In this document: positions 47,791 to 58,749 of the stretch, one piece after another
Layout: each line of letters starts with the position of its first letter
Numbering within the stretch: position 1 is the stretch's first letter
Assembly (NCBI GenBank): GCA_965206305.1
Contig: CBDBJI010000004.1
Span: 1,955,712 to 2,019,711, forward strand
Direction of reading: 5' to 3'
DNA: 64,000 nt
From: Longimicrobiales bacterium
Lineage (GTDB): Bacteria; Gemmatimonadota; Gemmatimonadetes; Longimicrobiales; Gaopeijiaceae
Notes under the pieces: generated by a model
Database searches by the model: none
What the model was told of the DNA's origin: nothing
What the model saw: only the letters and a program-made list of their open reading frames with translations
Made by a program: the position numbers and the translations under genes

Positions 47791-49478
47791 CGGGCGCTTC
47801 CCTGCCCGTCACCCCCGGGCACCCTGATGCGATCGACGAGTTCACGCACGCTGGCCGGGGGCGCCGGAGTGAACTTCGACACGACCAGCGCGACGGTGAA
47901 GTTGAGCAGCATCCCCAGCGTGCCGATCCCCTCGGGCGAAATCCCGAACCACCAGTTCTCGGGCGAATCCGCCGCGGGGTTCACGAAGCGGAAGTAGATG
48001 ATGTACGCCGCTGTAAAGGTGATCCCCGACAGCATCCCGGCGATCGCCCCTTCGCGGTTCATCGTGCGCGTGAACGTCCCGAGGATGATCACGGGGAAGA
48101 ACGACGAGGCCGCCAATCCGAAGGCGAAGGCCACCACCTGGGCCACGAACCCCGGGTCGCTGATCCCGAGCAGACCCGCGGCAACCACGGCGAGGGCCGC
48201 GCTGATCCGGGCGGCCACCAGTTCGCCCTTTTCCGAGATGTCGGGCTTGAAGGCCCGTTTCAGCAGGTCATGGCTGATTGCCGACGACACCACCAGCAGC
48301 AGTCCGGCGGCCGTCGAAAGCGCTGCGGCCAGTCCCCCCGCCGCCACCAGCCCCACCACCCAGTTCGGCAGGCGCGAGATCTCCGGGTTGGCGAGCACCA
48401 TGATGTCGGGGTTGACGGTGAGTTCGTTGCGCTCGGGGTCGCCCACGTACAGGATGTTGCCGTCCTGGTCGTGATCTTCGAAGGTGATCAGCCCCGTGTC
48501 TTCCCATTTGTTGAACCACTCGGGCATGGCGTCGTAGGGCTGCCCGGCGACCGTGTCCAGCAGGTTGGCACGCGCGAAGACCGCGATGGCCGGGGCGGTC
48601 GTGTACAGGATCGCGATGAAGAGCAGCGCCCAGCCCACCGAGATGCGTGCGTCCCGCACCTTGGGCACGGTGTAGAAGCGGATGATGACGTGGGGGAGGC
48701 CGGCCGTCCCCACCATGAGCGCCGCGGTGATGAAGAACACGTCGATCATCGACTTGGTGCCGTCCGTGTACGCCGCAAAGCCGAGTTCCTCGTGGAGCCC
48801 GTCGAGCTTGTCCAGCAGGAAGACGCCGGTCTCGGGGTCCGCGCCTCCGAAGCCGAACTGCGGGATGGGCGTCCCTGACAGCATGACCGCCAGGAAGATC
48901 GCGGGGACCATGTAGGCGAAGATCAGAACGCAGTACTGGGCGACCTGCGTGTAGGTGATCCCCTTCATCCCCCCCAGCACGGCGTAGAAAAAGACGACCG
49001 CCATCCCGATGATCACCCCCACGGTGACGTCCACCTCGAGGAAGCGGCTGAAGACGATGCCCACGCCCCGCATCTGGCCGCTCACATAGGTGAACGAGAC
49101 GAAGATCGCGCACGCCACCGCCACGATCCGCGCCACCTGCGAGTAGTACCGCTGCCCCACGAACTCCGGCACCGTGTACGCCCCGAACTTGCGCAGATAG
49201 GGCGCCAGGAGCAGCGCGAGCAGAACGTAGCCGCCGGTCCATCCCATCAGGTACACCGACCCGTCGTACCCCATGAACGAGATCAGCCCCGCCATCGAAA
49301 TGAACGACGCCGCCGACATCCAGTCCGCTGCCGTGGCCATCCCGTTGGCGAGGGGCGACACGCCGGTGCCGGCCACGTAGAACTCCCTGGTGGAGCTTGC
49401 CCGCGACCAGATCGCGACCCCGATGTAGAGCGCGAACGAGAGCCCCACCAGCACGAAGGTCCAGAGGCGCACGTCCAT
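47787..49478 (-). CDS. Cation/acetate-type solute:sodium symporter large subunit (ActP-like, VC_2705-type)
   Basis: ...REFYVAGTGVSPLANGMATAADWMSAASFISMAGLISFMGYDG...GGMKGITYTQVAQY.... Confidence 0.9.
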   Translation of the reverse strand: MDVRLWTFVLVGLSFALYIGVAIWSRASSTREFYVAGTGVSPLANGMATAADWMSAASFISMAGLISFMGYDGSVYLMGWTGGYVLLALLLAPYLRKFGAYTVPEFVGQRYYSQVARIVAVACAIFVSFTYVSGQMRGVGIVFSRFLEVDVTVGVIIGMAVVFFYAVLGGMKGITYTQVAQYCVLIFAYMVPAIFLAVMLSGTPIPQFGFGGADPETGVFLLDKLDGLHEELGFAAYTDGTKSMIDVFFITAALMVGTAGLPHVIIRFYTVPKVRDARISVGWALLFIAILYTTAPAIAVFARANLLDTVAGQPYDAMPEWFNKWEDTGLITFEDHDQDGNILYVGDPERNELTVNPDIMVLANPEISRLPNWVVGLVAAGGLAAALSTAAGLLLVVSSAISHDLLKRAFKPDISEKGELVAARISAALAVVAAGLLGISDPGFVAQVVAFAFGLAASSFFPVIILGTFTRTMNREGAIAGMLSGITFTAAYIIYFRFVNPAADSPENWWFGISPEGIGTLGMLLNFTVALVVSKFTPAPPASVRELVDRIRVPGGDGQGSAR

Positions 49479-49513
49479 GGGTCAGCGGCGCCTGGGCACT
49501 GCCGGGCGCCCCC

Positions 49514-49771
49514 TCATTCCTCGGCCACTCCGTACTCCCTGTCCAGCCGGTTCATCAGGCGCGCGTACACGAAGATCAGCACCACGAACACGTATATCGA
49601 CCCCTGCTGAGCGAACCAGAAGCCCAGCTTGAAGCCGGTGCCGGGGATGCGAATCGCGTTGAGGGCGTCAGCGAAGAGGATCCCGCACCCGAAGGACACG
49701 ACGAACCAGATCGCGAGCAGGATCGAGAGGTAGCGGAGGTTGCGGGCCCAATAGGCGTTGGGGTCGGGCAT
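49514..49771 (-). CDS. DUF4212 small subunit of solute:sodium symporter
   Basis: MPDPNAYWARNLRYLSILLAIWFVVSFGCGILFADALN...GFKLGFWFAQQGSIYVFVVLIFVY.... Confidence 0.8.
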   Translation of the reverse strand: MPDPNAYWARNLRYLSILLAIWFVVSFGCGILFADALNAIRIPGTGFKLGFWFAQQGSIYVFVVLIFVYARLMNRLDREYGVAEE

Positions 49772-49920
49772 GGGGGAGGGGTTGGGGACGAAAAGGGTGG
49801 AATCGGTGCCGCCCCAACTTGGGCCGGTGCCGTGCCGTTCGCCAGTCCTGCGTGGTCGGTGTGGGTTCGTCATGCCCTGCTATATTGCCACATTGGATTC
49901 CTATTCACAGCGGAGCGGAC

Positions 49921-50676
49921 ATGAACCAGGAGTCCCGGAACGTCACCGTGGGTCACCCCTGGCGGCCCATCGAAGATCTGCCGGACGATTGGCGACGACT
50001 GGCCGACTCCGATCTCCACCAGCTGGCCGACAACTGGCGTGAGCGCCGGGAAGATCTCGGCGCACAGGGAGTCATCGCCGATTTCAACGAACGCCTGAAG
50101 CGCGAGTGGGCCATCGAGACGGGCCTGATCGAACGCGTCTACACCCTGACGCGGGGAATCACGGAGATCCTGATCGAGCGCGGTCTGCGCGAGGAATTCA
50201 TCCCCTCTTCAGCCACCGACCGGGATCCGGCCCTCGTCTTCGACATGATTCGGGACCATGCCGCCGCGGTGGACGGGCTGTTCGATTTTGTGAAGCAGGA
50301 GCGTCAGCTCTCGACGAGCTACATCAAGGAACTCCACTCGGCGCTTCTGGCCCACCAGGTGACCGCAAGCGCACGGGACATCTTCGGGCGGCGCGTGGAG
50401 ATGCCGTTGGCGACGTTGGTGATGATTCGGGCGGGGTGGTTCCCGCTGGTGGTGACGGATGCCGGGCGGGCGGACTACATCGACGCGCTGGAGGCAGCGG
50501 ATGCCGGGGATCTTCGACCGTTGGTGCGCTTGTTTTCCGACATTCAGAGACGAGCGTTCGAGGGCGCGATGAGTGCCGTGCGCGATGCCCCTACATCAGC
50601 CCGCCGATCACCCCGTCCTCGTCGATCGTCATCGCCAGCGCCGCCGGCTTCGCCGCCAGGCCCGGCATCGTCATGA
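49921..50676 (+). CDS. Fic-family-like protein lacking the HPFxxGNGR active-site segment
   Basis: The N-terminal Fic_N-like block (...REWAIETGLIERVYTLTRG...IKELHSALL...) joins directly to the post-motif helix (...ATLVMIRAGWFPLVVT...YIDALEAADAGDLRPLVRLF). The 3' 85 nt overlap the fhs 3' end. Confidence 0.5.
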   Translation: MNQESRNVTVGHPWRPIEDLPDDWRRLADSDLHQLADNWRERREDLGAQGVIADFNERLKREWAIETGLIERVYTLTRGITEILIERGLREEFIPSSATDRDPALVFDMIRDHAAAVDGLFDFVKQERQLSTSYIKELHSALLAHQVTASARDIFGRRVEMPLATLVMIRAGWFPLVVTDAGRADYIDALEAADAGDLRPLVRLFSDIQRRAFEGAMSAVRDAPTSARRSPRPRRSSSPAPPASPPGPASS

Positions 50677-52257
50677 TCGACCCGGTCTTGACGACCACGA
50701 ACCCCGCGCCCGCAGACGGCGTGACCTCCCGCACCGCGATCCTGAAGCCGCGCGGGCGCCCCAGCAGCGTCGGATCGTCCGAGAACGAGTACTGCGTCTT
50801 GGCGATGCACACCGGCGCGCCCGCCAGCCCGAAGGACTCGAGCCGCTCCAGTTCGGCGGTGACGCCGCGCTGGAAGTCCACGCCGTCCGCGCCGTAGATC
50901 TGCGTCGCCACGGTCTCGATCTTCTCCTTGAGGGAGATGTGGTCGGGATAGAGTGGCCGGAAGGCGGCCTCGCCGCTGTTTGCGATCTCCCAGACCGCGT
51001 CGGCGAGATCCAGGCAGCCCGCCCCCCCGCCCCCGTGCGGGTCCGCCTCGACGGCACGAAAACCGCGCGCCGCGCAGCCGTCGAGCACGGTGGCGACCTC
51101 CGCGGCGGTGTCGTTCGCGAATCGGTTCAGCGCCACCACCGCGGGGACGCCGAACCGGGCCACGTTCTCGACATGCCCGTAGAGGTTCTCCATGCCGCGC
51201 CCGAGCGCCTCCAGATCCTCGGTCGCGAGCGAATCCTTCGACGCGCCGCCGTTCATCTTGAGCGCGCGGATCGTCGCGACGATCGCCACCGCGTCGGGGC
51301 TCAGCCCGCCCAGCCGGCACTTGATGTCGAAGAACTTCTCGGCCCCCAGATCGGCGCCGAACCCCGCCTCGGTCACCACGATGTCGCCCAGCTTGAGCCC
51401 CGCCCGGGTCGCGATCAGCGAATTGCAGCCGTGCGCGATGTTGGCGAAGGGGCCGCCGTGGATGAAGGCGGGGGTCCCGCCCAGCGTTTGCACCAGGTTC
51501 GGGTCGAGCGCGTCACGCATCAGGATCGTCATCGCCTTCTCGGCGCCGATGTCGCGGCAGCGCACCGGCTCGCGGCTGCGCGTGTACCCGATGACGATGT
51601 TGCCGAGCCGTTGCTCCAGGTCCGCCAGGTCGCGCGCCAGGCAGAAGATCGCCATTACCTCGGATGCGGCGGTGATCATGAACCCCTCTTCCCGCGGGAT
51701 CCCCCGAAGGGCCCGCCCAACCCCACGATTACGTTGCGGAGCGCCCGGTCGTTCATGTCCACGGCCCGTCCCCACGTGATCCGCCGGTGGTCCAGCCCGG
51801 TCGAGTTCGGCCGGAAGAGATGGTTGTCGAGCATCGCGGACAGCAGCGCGTGCGCCGACGTGATCGCGTGGAAGTCGCCTGTGAAGTGGAGGTTGATGTC
51901 CTCCATCGGCACGACCTGCGAGTGGCCCCCGCCGGCCGCCCCGCCCTTGATCCCGAAGACGGGACCCAGCGACGCCTCCCGGATGCACAGCACCGGATTG
52001 CGCTCGCGAAGATTGAGCGCGTCGGCGAGCCCGACCGAAGTGGTCGACTTGCCCTCCCCGGCGGCGGTGGGACTGCACCCGGTGACCAGCACGAGCCTGG
52101 CTGCCCGGTGCGGACGGGCCTTCACCACATCCAGCGGGACCTTCGCCTTGTAGTGGCCGTACTGCAGAATCTCGTCCTCGCCGAGGCCGACCCTGGCGGC
52201 GATGTCGGCGATCGGCTTCATCTCGTGGGCTTGCGCGATTTCGATGTCGGAGAGCAT
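50591..52257 (-). CDS. fhs: Formate--tetrahydrofolate ligase (one frameshift in a C5/G5 homopolymer at 51701-51705)
   Basis: N-terminal frame [16 protein letters not shown]...[15 protein letters not shown]...[11 protein letters not shown]-terminal frame [23 protein letters not shown]...[10 protein letters not shown]...TMPGL.... The total of 1667 nt is one short of a multiple of 3. Confidence 0.85.
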
Positions 52258-52362
52258 GGGTGTCCTGTGGGGGGAAGCGGGGTGGCAGGCAAAACGGCGC
52301 CCGAAGTCTGGCGCGAAACCGGCCCGCGGGGCAAGACGGGCCCGCGGCAAAGGGGGATCACC

Positions 52363-53133
52363 ATGTGGGGCGCAATCATCGGCGACATCGTCGGTTCGGT
52401 CTACGAATGGGACCGGATCAAGAAGAAGGACTTCGAGTTCTTCAGCCCGAGGGGGCACTTCACGGACGACTCCGTCTGCACCGCGGCGGTGGCGGACGTG
52501 CTGCTGCACGACCTGCCTGAAGCCACGACGCTGCAGACGTGGTGCCGCCGCTACCCCGGCGTGTCCTACGGCGGATGGTTCAGGGAGTGGATCCGGCAGG
52601 AGTCCCCCGAGCCGTACAACAGCTACGGCAACGGGGCGGCCATGCGGGTCTCGCCCGCCGCGTTCCTCAACCGGGGCGACCTCGCCGCTGCCCTCGCCGC
52701 CTCCGACCGGGTGACCGCGATCACCCACGATCACCCCAAAGGGATGAAGGGCGCGCGGGCCACCGTTCACGCGATCTGGCTGGCGTGCAACGGCGCCGAT
52801 CCCGCCACCATCCGCACGACCGTCACCACCGAATACGCCTACGACCTCTCCCGCACCGTCGACGAGATCCGGCCCGGCTACGCCTTCAACGAGACCTGCC
52901 AGGAGACCGTCCCCGAGTCGATCACCTGCGCGCTGGAGTCGGCCTCCTTCGAGGACGCGATCCGCAACGCGGTCTCGCTCGGCGGCGATTCCGACACGGT
53001 GGCCGCCATCGCGGGGCCCATCGCGGAGGCGCTGCACGGGATACCGGGCGACATCAAGGCGCATGCCCGGGAGCGGTACCTGGGCGACGCGCCGGATATC
53101 GCAGGCGTGATGGGGGAGATGTACGGGGGGTGA
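52363..53133 (+). CDS. ADP-ribosylglycohydrolase family protein
   Basis: [16 protein letters not shown]...FTDDSVCT...[10 protein letters not shown]...THDHP...[14 protein letters not shown]...; AAGGGGGA upstream. Confidence 0.85.
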   Translation: MWGAIIGDIVGSVYEWDRIKKKDFEFFSPRGHFTDDSVCTAAVADVLLHDLPEATTLQTWCRRYPGVSYGGWFREWIRQESPEPYNSYGNGAAMRVSPAAFLNRGDLAAALAASDRVTAITHDHPKGMKGARATVHAIWLACNGADPATIRTTVTTEYAYDLSRTVDEIRPGYAFNETCQETVPESITCALESASFEDAIRNAVSLGGDSDTVAAIAGPIAEALHGIPGDIKAHARERYLGDAPDIAGVMGEMYGG

Positions 53134-53284
53134 GGGGGGCGGTCCGCGCTCGCCATTCTCCGTCGCTGAAGTGTAATGTAAAGTTTACAAAATGTGATCT
53201 TGACATGACGTCCGTTCCCTCAGCCGCTCGAATGCCGCGGGGGTTTTGTCCACGGGCTGCCAGCCCCCCGACCTCCCCGACGCC

Positions 53285-56086
53285 CTACAACCGGCCCGAC
53301 CCCACCCCCGACCCCACCCCCACCGCCCCCACCGCCGGCGCCTGCCCCACCGCCTTCAGCGCCACCGGACACGCCTTCAGCGCCGCTGTTTGCGTGACCG
53401 GGTCGTACCCACCCCCCGTCAACACGTTCACCGGTACGTCCTCGAACGCGAACGACGCGAAGACCGTCCCCTTCGGCGACTTGGTCGTGCCGCGCACCTT
53501 CACGTGCAGGCACCCGCGCGGGCTGCTCAACTCGGCCCAGCCGCCGTCCTCGAGCCCCAGGCGCGCGATGTCGGCGGGGTGGACCTCCAGCGTCTCCTCC
53601 GAGAGCAGGTAGTCGATCCCCCCCGACCGCCCCGTCTGTGTGCGCGTGTGGTACTGGGGCAGCCGGCGTCCGGTGGTCAGCCACATGGGGTACTCGTCGG
53701 AAATCGTCTCCTCCGGATCCCGGTATTTGAGCATCTTGAAGATTCCGCGACCGTTTTCGAACACGTGCTCGTGGAGCATCGGCGTTCCCGGGTGCCCTTC
53801 CTCCGGCACGGGCCACTGGTATTCACCCTTGTCGATCCGGTCCCAATCCAGTCCCGCGTACATGGGTGACAGGGAGCAGAGCTCGTTGAAGACCTCCTTG
53901 GCGGACTCGAACTCGAACCCCTTCCAGCCCATCCGCTGGGCGAGCCGCGACAGGATCCACCAATCGGGCTTCGCCTCACCCACCGCCGGCACCGCGGCGC
54001 GCAGGCGCTGGACGCGGCGCTCGGTGTTGGTGCAGACGCCGTCGGTCTCGGCCCACGCGGTGGCCGGGAAGACCACATCGGCCACCTTGGCGGTCTCGGT
54101 CATGAAGATGTCGATCACGACCAGGCAGTCGAGGCTGCCCAGCGCGTGCTCGCAGTGGTGGCGGTCCGGGTCGGTGACCAGCGTGTTCTCGCCGTCGATG
54201 ATCATCGCGTGGATGCCGTCGCCGCACAGGTCCAGCGCGGTGACCTTGGTCATTCCCGTCTCCAGGTCGACCTTGCGCCCGTAGGCCTTGTGGAATTTCT
54301 CCTGGTGCGCCGGATCGGTGACGGCCTGGAAGCCCGCGTAGTTGTTCGGCAGCGCGCCCGCGTCGCCCGCCCCCTGGATGTTGTTCTGGCCGCGCATGGG
54401 GTTCACCCCCGTGCCCTCGCGGCCCAGGTTGCCGGTCATCAGCGCCAGGTTGCACAGGCTCTGCACGTTGTCCACGCCGCAGACGTGCTCGGTGATGCCG
54501 ACCGTGTAGTAGATCGCGCCGCGGTCGGCCCCGCCGTACAACAGCGCCGCCTGCTCGATGTCCTCTGGCGCGCACTCGCAGATCTCGGACGCCCACTCGG
54601 GGGTGTAGCGCTCGACGTGCTTGAAGAAGTCCTCGCCGTGGGCGGTGCGCTCGTCGACGAAGGCCTGGTTCACCAGCCCCTCGCGGGCGATCACATGCGC
54701 CATGGCCAGCAGCAGCGACACGTCGGAACCGACGCGAAGGGGCAGATGAACGTCCGCGATCTCCGCGAGCCCGATCCGCCGGGGGTCCGCCACGATCATC
54801 TTCGCGCCCCTGGCCAGCGCCCGCTTCAGCCGCGTGGCCGCGACCGGGTGGCACTCGGTCATGTTGGTGCCGATGCAGAAGATCACATCCGGCTTGTCCA
54901 TGTCCGCGAGCGGGTTCGACATCGCCCCTCTTCCGATTGTTGCCGCCAGACCGGCGACTGTGGGAGCGTGTCAGGCACGGCTGCAGTTGTCGATGTGATT
55001 CGTCCCCAATCCCGCCCGGATGAAGCGCTGCATCATGTAGGCGGCCTCATGCGGGGCGCGTCCGGAGGCGATCCCGTAGACGGCGCGGCGCCCGTGGTCC
55101 TTCACCACCTTGCGCAGCTTGCCCGCGGCCCGGTCCAGCGCCTCGTCCCACGACGCGGGGCGGAGCTCGCCCGACTCCTCGTCGCGCACGAACGGCGTGG
55201 CCAGCCGGTCCGGGTGCCCCACGAAGTCGAAGGCGAACTGGCCCTTCACGCAGAGCGCGCCCTCGTTGGCGGGGCCGTCCATCGCGGGGAGCACCCCCAC
55301 CAGCTTGTCCCCACGAGTCATGACGTCCACCGAGCAGCCCACCCCGCAGTACGGGCACACCGTGCGGGTGGTCTTCGTTTCGCCGGGGACCTCCCGGTTG
55401 GCCAGCGCCTTGAGGTCGCCCAGCGCGCCGGTGGGACACGTCTGGATGCACTGCCCGCAGAAGGTGCACGCCGAGTCCTTCAGCAGGCCGCCGAACTCCG
55501 TGGTGATCTGCGTGTCGAAACCCCGGTTCATGATCGAGATCGCGTAGTCGCCCTCCTGCTCGGCGCACACGCGCACGCAGCGGTAGCAGGAGATGCAGTT
55601 GTCGTAGTCGCGCTTGATGAAGGGGTTGTCGTCGTCGTCGCGGCTTGCGCCCGACAGCGCGCCCTCGAAGCGGCCGGTGCGCGCGTCGTAGCGGTCGAGC
55701 AGCTCGGCCATCTCCTGCGAGGCGTACCCGTGCATGGGGTCGACATCGGTGTCGCGGTTCTCCGACGCCACCATCTCCATGAGGATGCGCCGCTGTACCT
55801 CGAGGCTCGCCGAGCGGGTGCGCACTCGCATCCCGGGCTCGGCTTTCGTGGTGCACGAGGCCACCGGGTTGCGCGCGCCCTCCAGCTCGACCACGCAGAG
55901 GCGGCAGCCCCCGAAGGGATCGAGGCGGGGGTCGTAGCACAGCGTCGGGATCTCTCTGCGGTGCCGCTCCGCGACCTCGTAGATGGTCTCGCCGCGGCTG
56001 AAAGTGACCTTCTCGCCGTCCAGCGTCATGCTGAGCCGGACACCCTTGCCGTTCGTCGATGGGGTGCCGTTCCTCTTCATCGTCAT
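53285..56086 (-). CDS. fdhA: Formate dehydrogenase alpha subunit (NuoG-like Fe-S N-terminus + Mo/W-bis-PGD domain), selenocysteine-containing (in-frame TGA 54971-54973)
   Basis: ORFs 54971-56086 and 53285-54922 are one frame (2802 nt = 934 codons). The junction reads ...NHIDNCSRA-TGA-HAPTVAGLAATIGRGAMSNP.... From memory this aligns with E. coli FdhF ...CARV-U-HGPSVAGLHQSVGNGAMSN.... Confidence 0.9.
54942..54958 (-). other. fdhA SECIS hairpin
   Basis: mRNA sense GUCGCC-GGUCU-GGCGGC starts 12 nt after the UGA. The GGUCUG apical segment matches, from memory, the E. coli fdhF SECIS apex. Confidence 0.6.
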
Positions 56087-57762
56087 CAGCCTTTCTCAAC
56101 ATGCGCCCGGACCCGGTCCGGAAAGTACCGGATCAGGCTCTCCGTCAATAGTGGGGCCGCCTGGCCCAACCCGCACGCGCTCGTCTTCTTCATGACTTCA
56201 TTAAGGTCGACCACTTCATCCACCCACGCGTCCACGGTGCCGGGTCCCTTTCCTTCCAACCGCTCCACCAGGCGCTGGGTCCCGATCCGGCAGGGGAAGC
56301 ACTTCCCGCACGACTCCTCCGCGAAGAACTCCATCGACTCGCGGGTCACCGCGATCATGTCGCGGGAGTCGTCGAAGACCATGATCCCGCCCGCGCCCAG
56401 GAAGCTGCCCTTCGATCGGATCGAGGGCTCGTCGAGGGTGACGTCGAGGTCCGCGCCGGCCAGGAAGCCGCCGGAAAGCCCCGCCATCGTGACCGCCTGG
56501 ACGGTGCGGCCGGGCGGCGGTCCTCCTCCCCACCCGTGCAGCAGTTCACCCAGGGGCAGCCCGAGGGGGACTTCGTAGTTGCCCGGCCGCGCGATGTCGC
56601 CCGAGAGGCTGATCACCTTGGTGCCGGCGTGGTCGCCGCGCCCCAGGCCGCGGTACCAGTCGGCGCCGTGCACGAGGACGGGGGGTGCCGAGGCCAGCGT
56701 CTCGACGTTGTTCACGACGGTGGGCAGGTTCTCGTAGCCGTGCGTGACGGGGAAGGGGGGGCGGTTGCGGGGGAAGGGGTGCTGCCCTTCGAGCGAATTG
56801 AGGAGCGAGGTCTCCTCGCCGCAGATGTAGGCGCCGGCGCCGCGCCTGACCATCAGTCGGAACGAAAAGTCCGTGCCCAGGACGCCGGCCCCCAGCAGCC
56901 CCGCCGCCTCCGCCTCCGCGATCGCGCCCTCGAGGATGTCGAACGTCTCCGGATACTCGTAGCGCAGGTAGATGAACCCGCGCACCGATCCCGTCGCGTA
57001 GGCGGCGAGCGCCATCCCCTCGATCGTCCCGTGGGGGTCGTGGTCCATCAGCACCCGGTCCTTGAAGCACCCGGGCTCGCCCTCGTCGGCGTTGCAGACG
57101 ATCGTCTTGGGCCCGCCCGGCGCGTCGGCCACCGCCCGCCACTTCCGCCCGGTGGGAAACCCCGCCCCCCCCCTCCCCGCCAGCCCGCTCTGGTCGATCA
57201 CGTCGATCACCTCCCCCGGCGACATCCCGGTGACCGCCCGCGTCAGCGCCTCATAGCCGCCCTGGCTCCGGTACCCTTCCAGCGTGGCCTGCCCGGGGCG
57301 CCGGATCCCCGCGAACACGCACTCCTCGATCCCGTCCGGGGGCGGCAGCGGCAGCGGCGACGGCCCGCTGACGAGCGTCCCGGCGGTCCGGCCGGTGAGC
57401 ACCGTCCCCCCATGGATCACGGGCACGGGCTGGTCGCAGCGGCCCGGACACGGCATCGTCATCGGGTCGTGTCCGGCCGCGCGAAGGCTCGCCAGGAGCA
57501 CATCGGCGCCCCGCATGGTGCAAACGGGGCCGTTGCAGACGCGCGGCCGGTCGAGGCCGGCGGCGTCCCGCGAGAAGTGGTGGTAGAAGGTGACCGTGCC
57601 GAAGAGGTCGGCGATCGGGATGCGGAGTCCGGCCGAGACGGCGCGGAGCGCATCTTCCGACAGGTACCCGTCGCGCGCGTGCAGGTCGTGCAGGAGGGGA
57701 AGGAGGGGCGCAGGCTCGCCCTTCCAGCGCAGCACGAGTTCGTCGTTGGTCGGCCTTGGCAT
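56086..57762 (-). CDS. NAD-dependent formate dehydrogenase diaphorase subunit (NuoE-like + NuoF-like fusion)
   Basis: NuoE-like ...VCNGPVC...PCPGRC. NuoF-like ...GLAGRGGAGFPTGRKW...VCNADEGEPG...ESCGKCFPCR.... Start is either 57762 or 57819; stop overlaps the fdhA start by 1 nt. Confidence 0.85.
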   Translation of the reverse strand: MPRPTNDELVLRWKGEPAPLLPLLHDLHARDGYLSEDALRAVSAGLRIPIADLFGTVTFYHHFSRDAAGLDRPRVCNGPVCTMRGADVLLASLRAAGHDPMTMPCPGRCDQPVPVIHGGTVLTGRTAGTLVSGPSPLPLPPPDGIEECVFAGIRRPGQATLEGYRSQGGYEALTRAVTGMSPGEVIDVIDQSGLAGRGGAGFPTGRKWRAVADAPGGPKTIVCNADEGEPGCFKDRVLMDHDPHGTIEGMALAAYATGSVRGFIYLRYEYPETFDILEGAIAEAEAAGLLGAGVLGTDFSFRLMVRRGAGAYICGEETSLLNSLEGQHPFPRNRPPFPVTHGYENLPTVVNNVETLASAPPVLVHGADWYRGLGRGDHAGTKVISLSGDIARPGNYEVPLGLPLGELLHGWGGGPPPGRTVQAVTMAGLSGGFLAGADLDVTLDEPSIRSKGSFLGAGGIMVFDDSRDMIAVTRESMEFFAEESCGKCFPCRIGTQRLVERLEGKGPGTVDAWVDEVVDLNEVMKKTSACGLGQAAPLLTESLIRYFPDRVRAHVEKG

Positions 57763-57879
57763 CGGCGGTGGGGTTTGAGGTGGAAGCGGGGGGACAATAG
57801 ATATAGTCATCGTAAACATTTGGCGAGTGCGGCACGCTCAGCGAACGAGTGCCGCACGCTCGACGGGAGGACCCCAAGG

Positions 57880-58749
57880 TTGGCAACGACACCCCGGCGC
57901 AGGGCCGCCCGGATCCGGGTGGGACGCATGCGCGATGGCTGGTACCGGGCGCGGAGCGACAGCGTCGCCGTCGAGGAGCCCATGGAGGTGCGCCTGGAGG
58001 TGCCGGGCGAGGACGGAGTGCGCGAACACCCCGTGTCGGTGACGATGAGGACGCCGGGTGACGACTTCGAGCTCGCCGCGGGCTTCCTCTTCACCGAGGG
58101 CGTGGTGACCGACCCGCGCGCCCTGGGCGACGTGAGGTACTGCCGTAGCGTGGATCCCCAGGAGTACAACGTCGTCACCGCGTCGCTCCGGGATCCGGCC
58201 GCCTTCGACCCGGCCAGCCTCGCCCGCAACTTCTACGTGACGTCGTCGTGCGGCGTGTGCGGAAAGGCGTCGCTCGAGTCGGTCGAGATCATGGGATGCC
58301 AGGCTGTGCCCGACGGTACCCTGGCGGTGGCCGACGCGGACGTGCGGGCGCTCCCGGACCGGTTGCGGTCGGCCCAGCGCGTCTTCGACCGGACGGGGGG
58401 CATCCATGCCGCTGGGGTCTTCGACGCGGATGGTAGGGTCACACTGGTGCGCGAGGACGTGGGGCGGCACAATGCGGTGGACAAGATCATCGGAGCACTG
58501 ATCCTGTCCGGTGGGCTCCCCGGGTCGGCGCTGGGCCTGGTCGTCTCCGGCCGCTCGTCCTTCGAGATCCTGCAGAAGGCCGCGATGGCGGGCTTCCCCG
58601 TAGTCGTTGCGGTGGGCGCGCCCTCGAGCCTGGCGGTGACCTTCGCCCGGCGGTTCAACATGACGCTCGTGGGCTTCGCGAAGTCCGACGGCTATAACGT
58701 CTACTCCGGTGACGAGCGGGTCACCGGGCTCGGAAGTGAAACGGAATGA
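57880..58749 (+). CDS. fdhD: Formate dehydrogenase accessory sulfurtransferase FdhD
   Basis: ...VAVEEPMEVRL...SSCGVCGKASLE...GGIHAAG...EDVGRHNAVDK...SGRSSFEILQKA.... TTG 57880 follows GGGAGG; start uncertain (alternative ATG 57928). Confidence 0.85.
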   Translation: MATTPRRRAARIRVGRMRDGWYRARSDSVAVEEPMEVRLEVPGEDGVREHPVSVTMRTPGDDFELAAGFLFTEGVVTDPRALGDVRYCRSVDPQEYNVVTASLRDPAAFDPASLARNFYVTSSCGVCGKASLESVEIMGCQAVPDGTLAVADADVRALPDRLRSAQRVFDRTGGIHAAGVFDADGRVTLVREDVGRHNAVDKIIGALILSGGLPGSALGLVVSGRSSFEILQKAAMAGFPVVVAVGAPSSLAVTFARRFNMTLVGFAKSDGYNVYSGDERVTGLGSETE

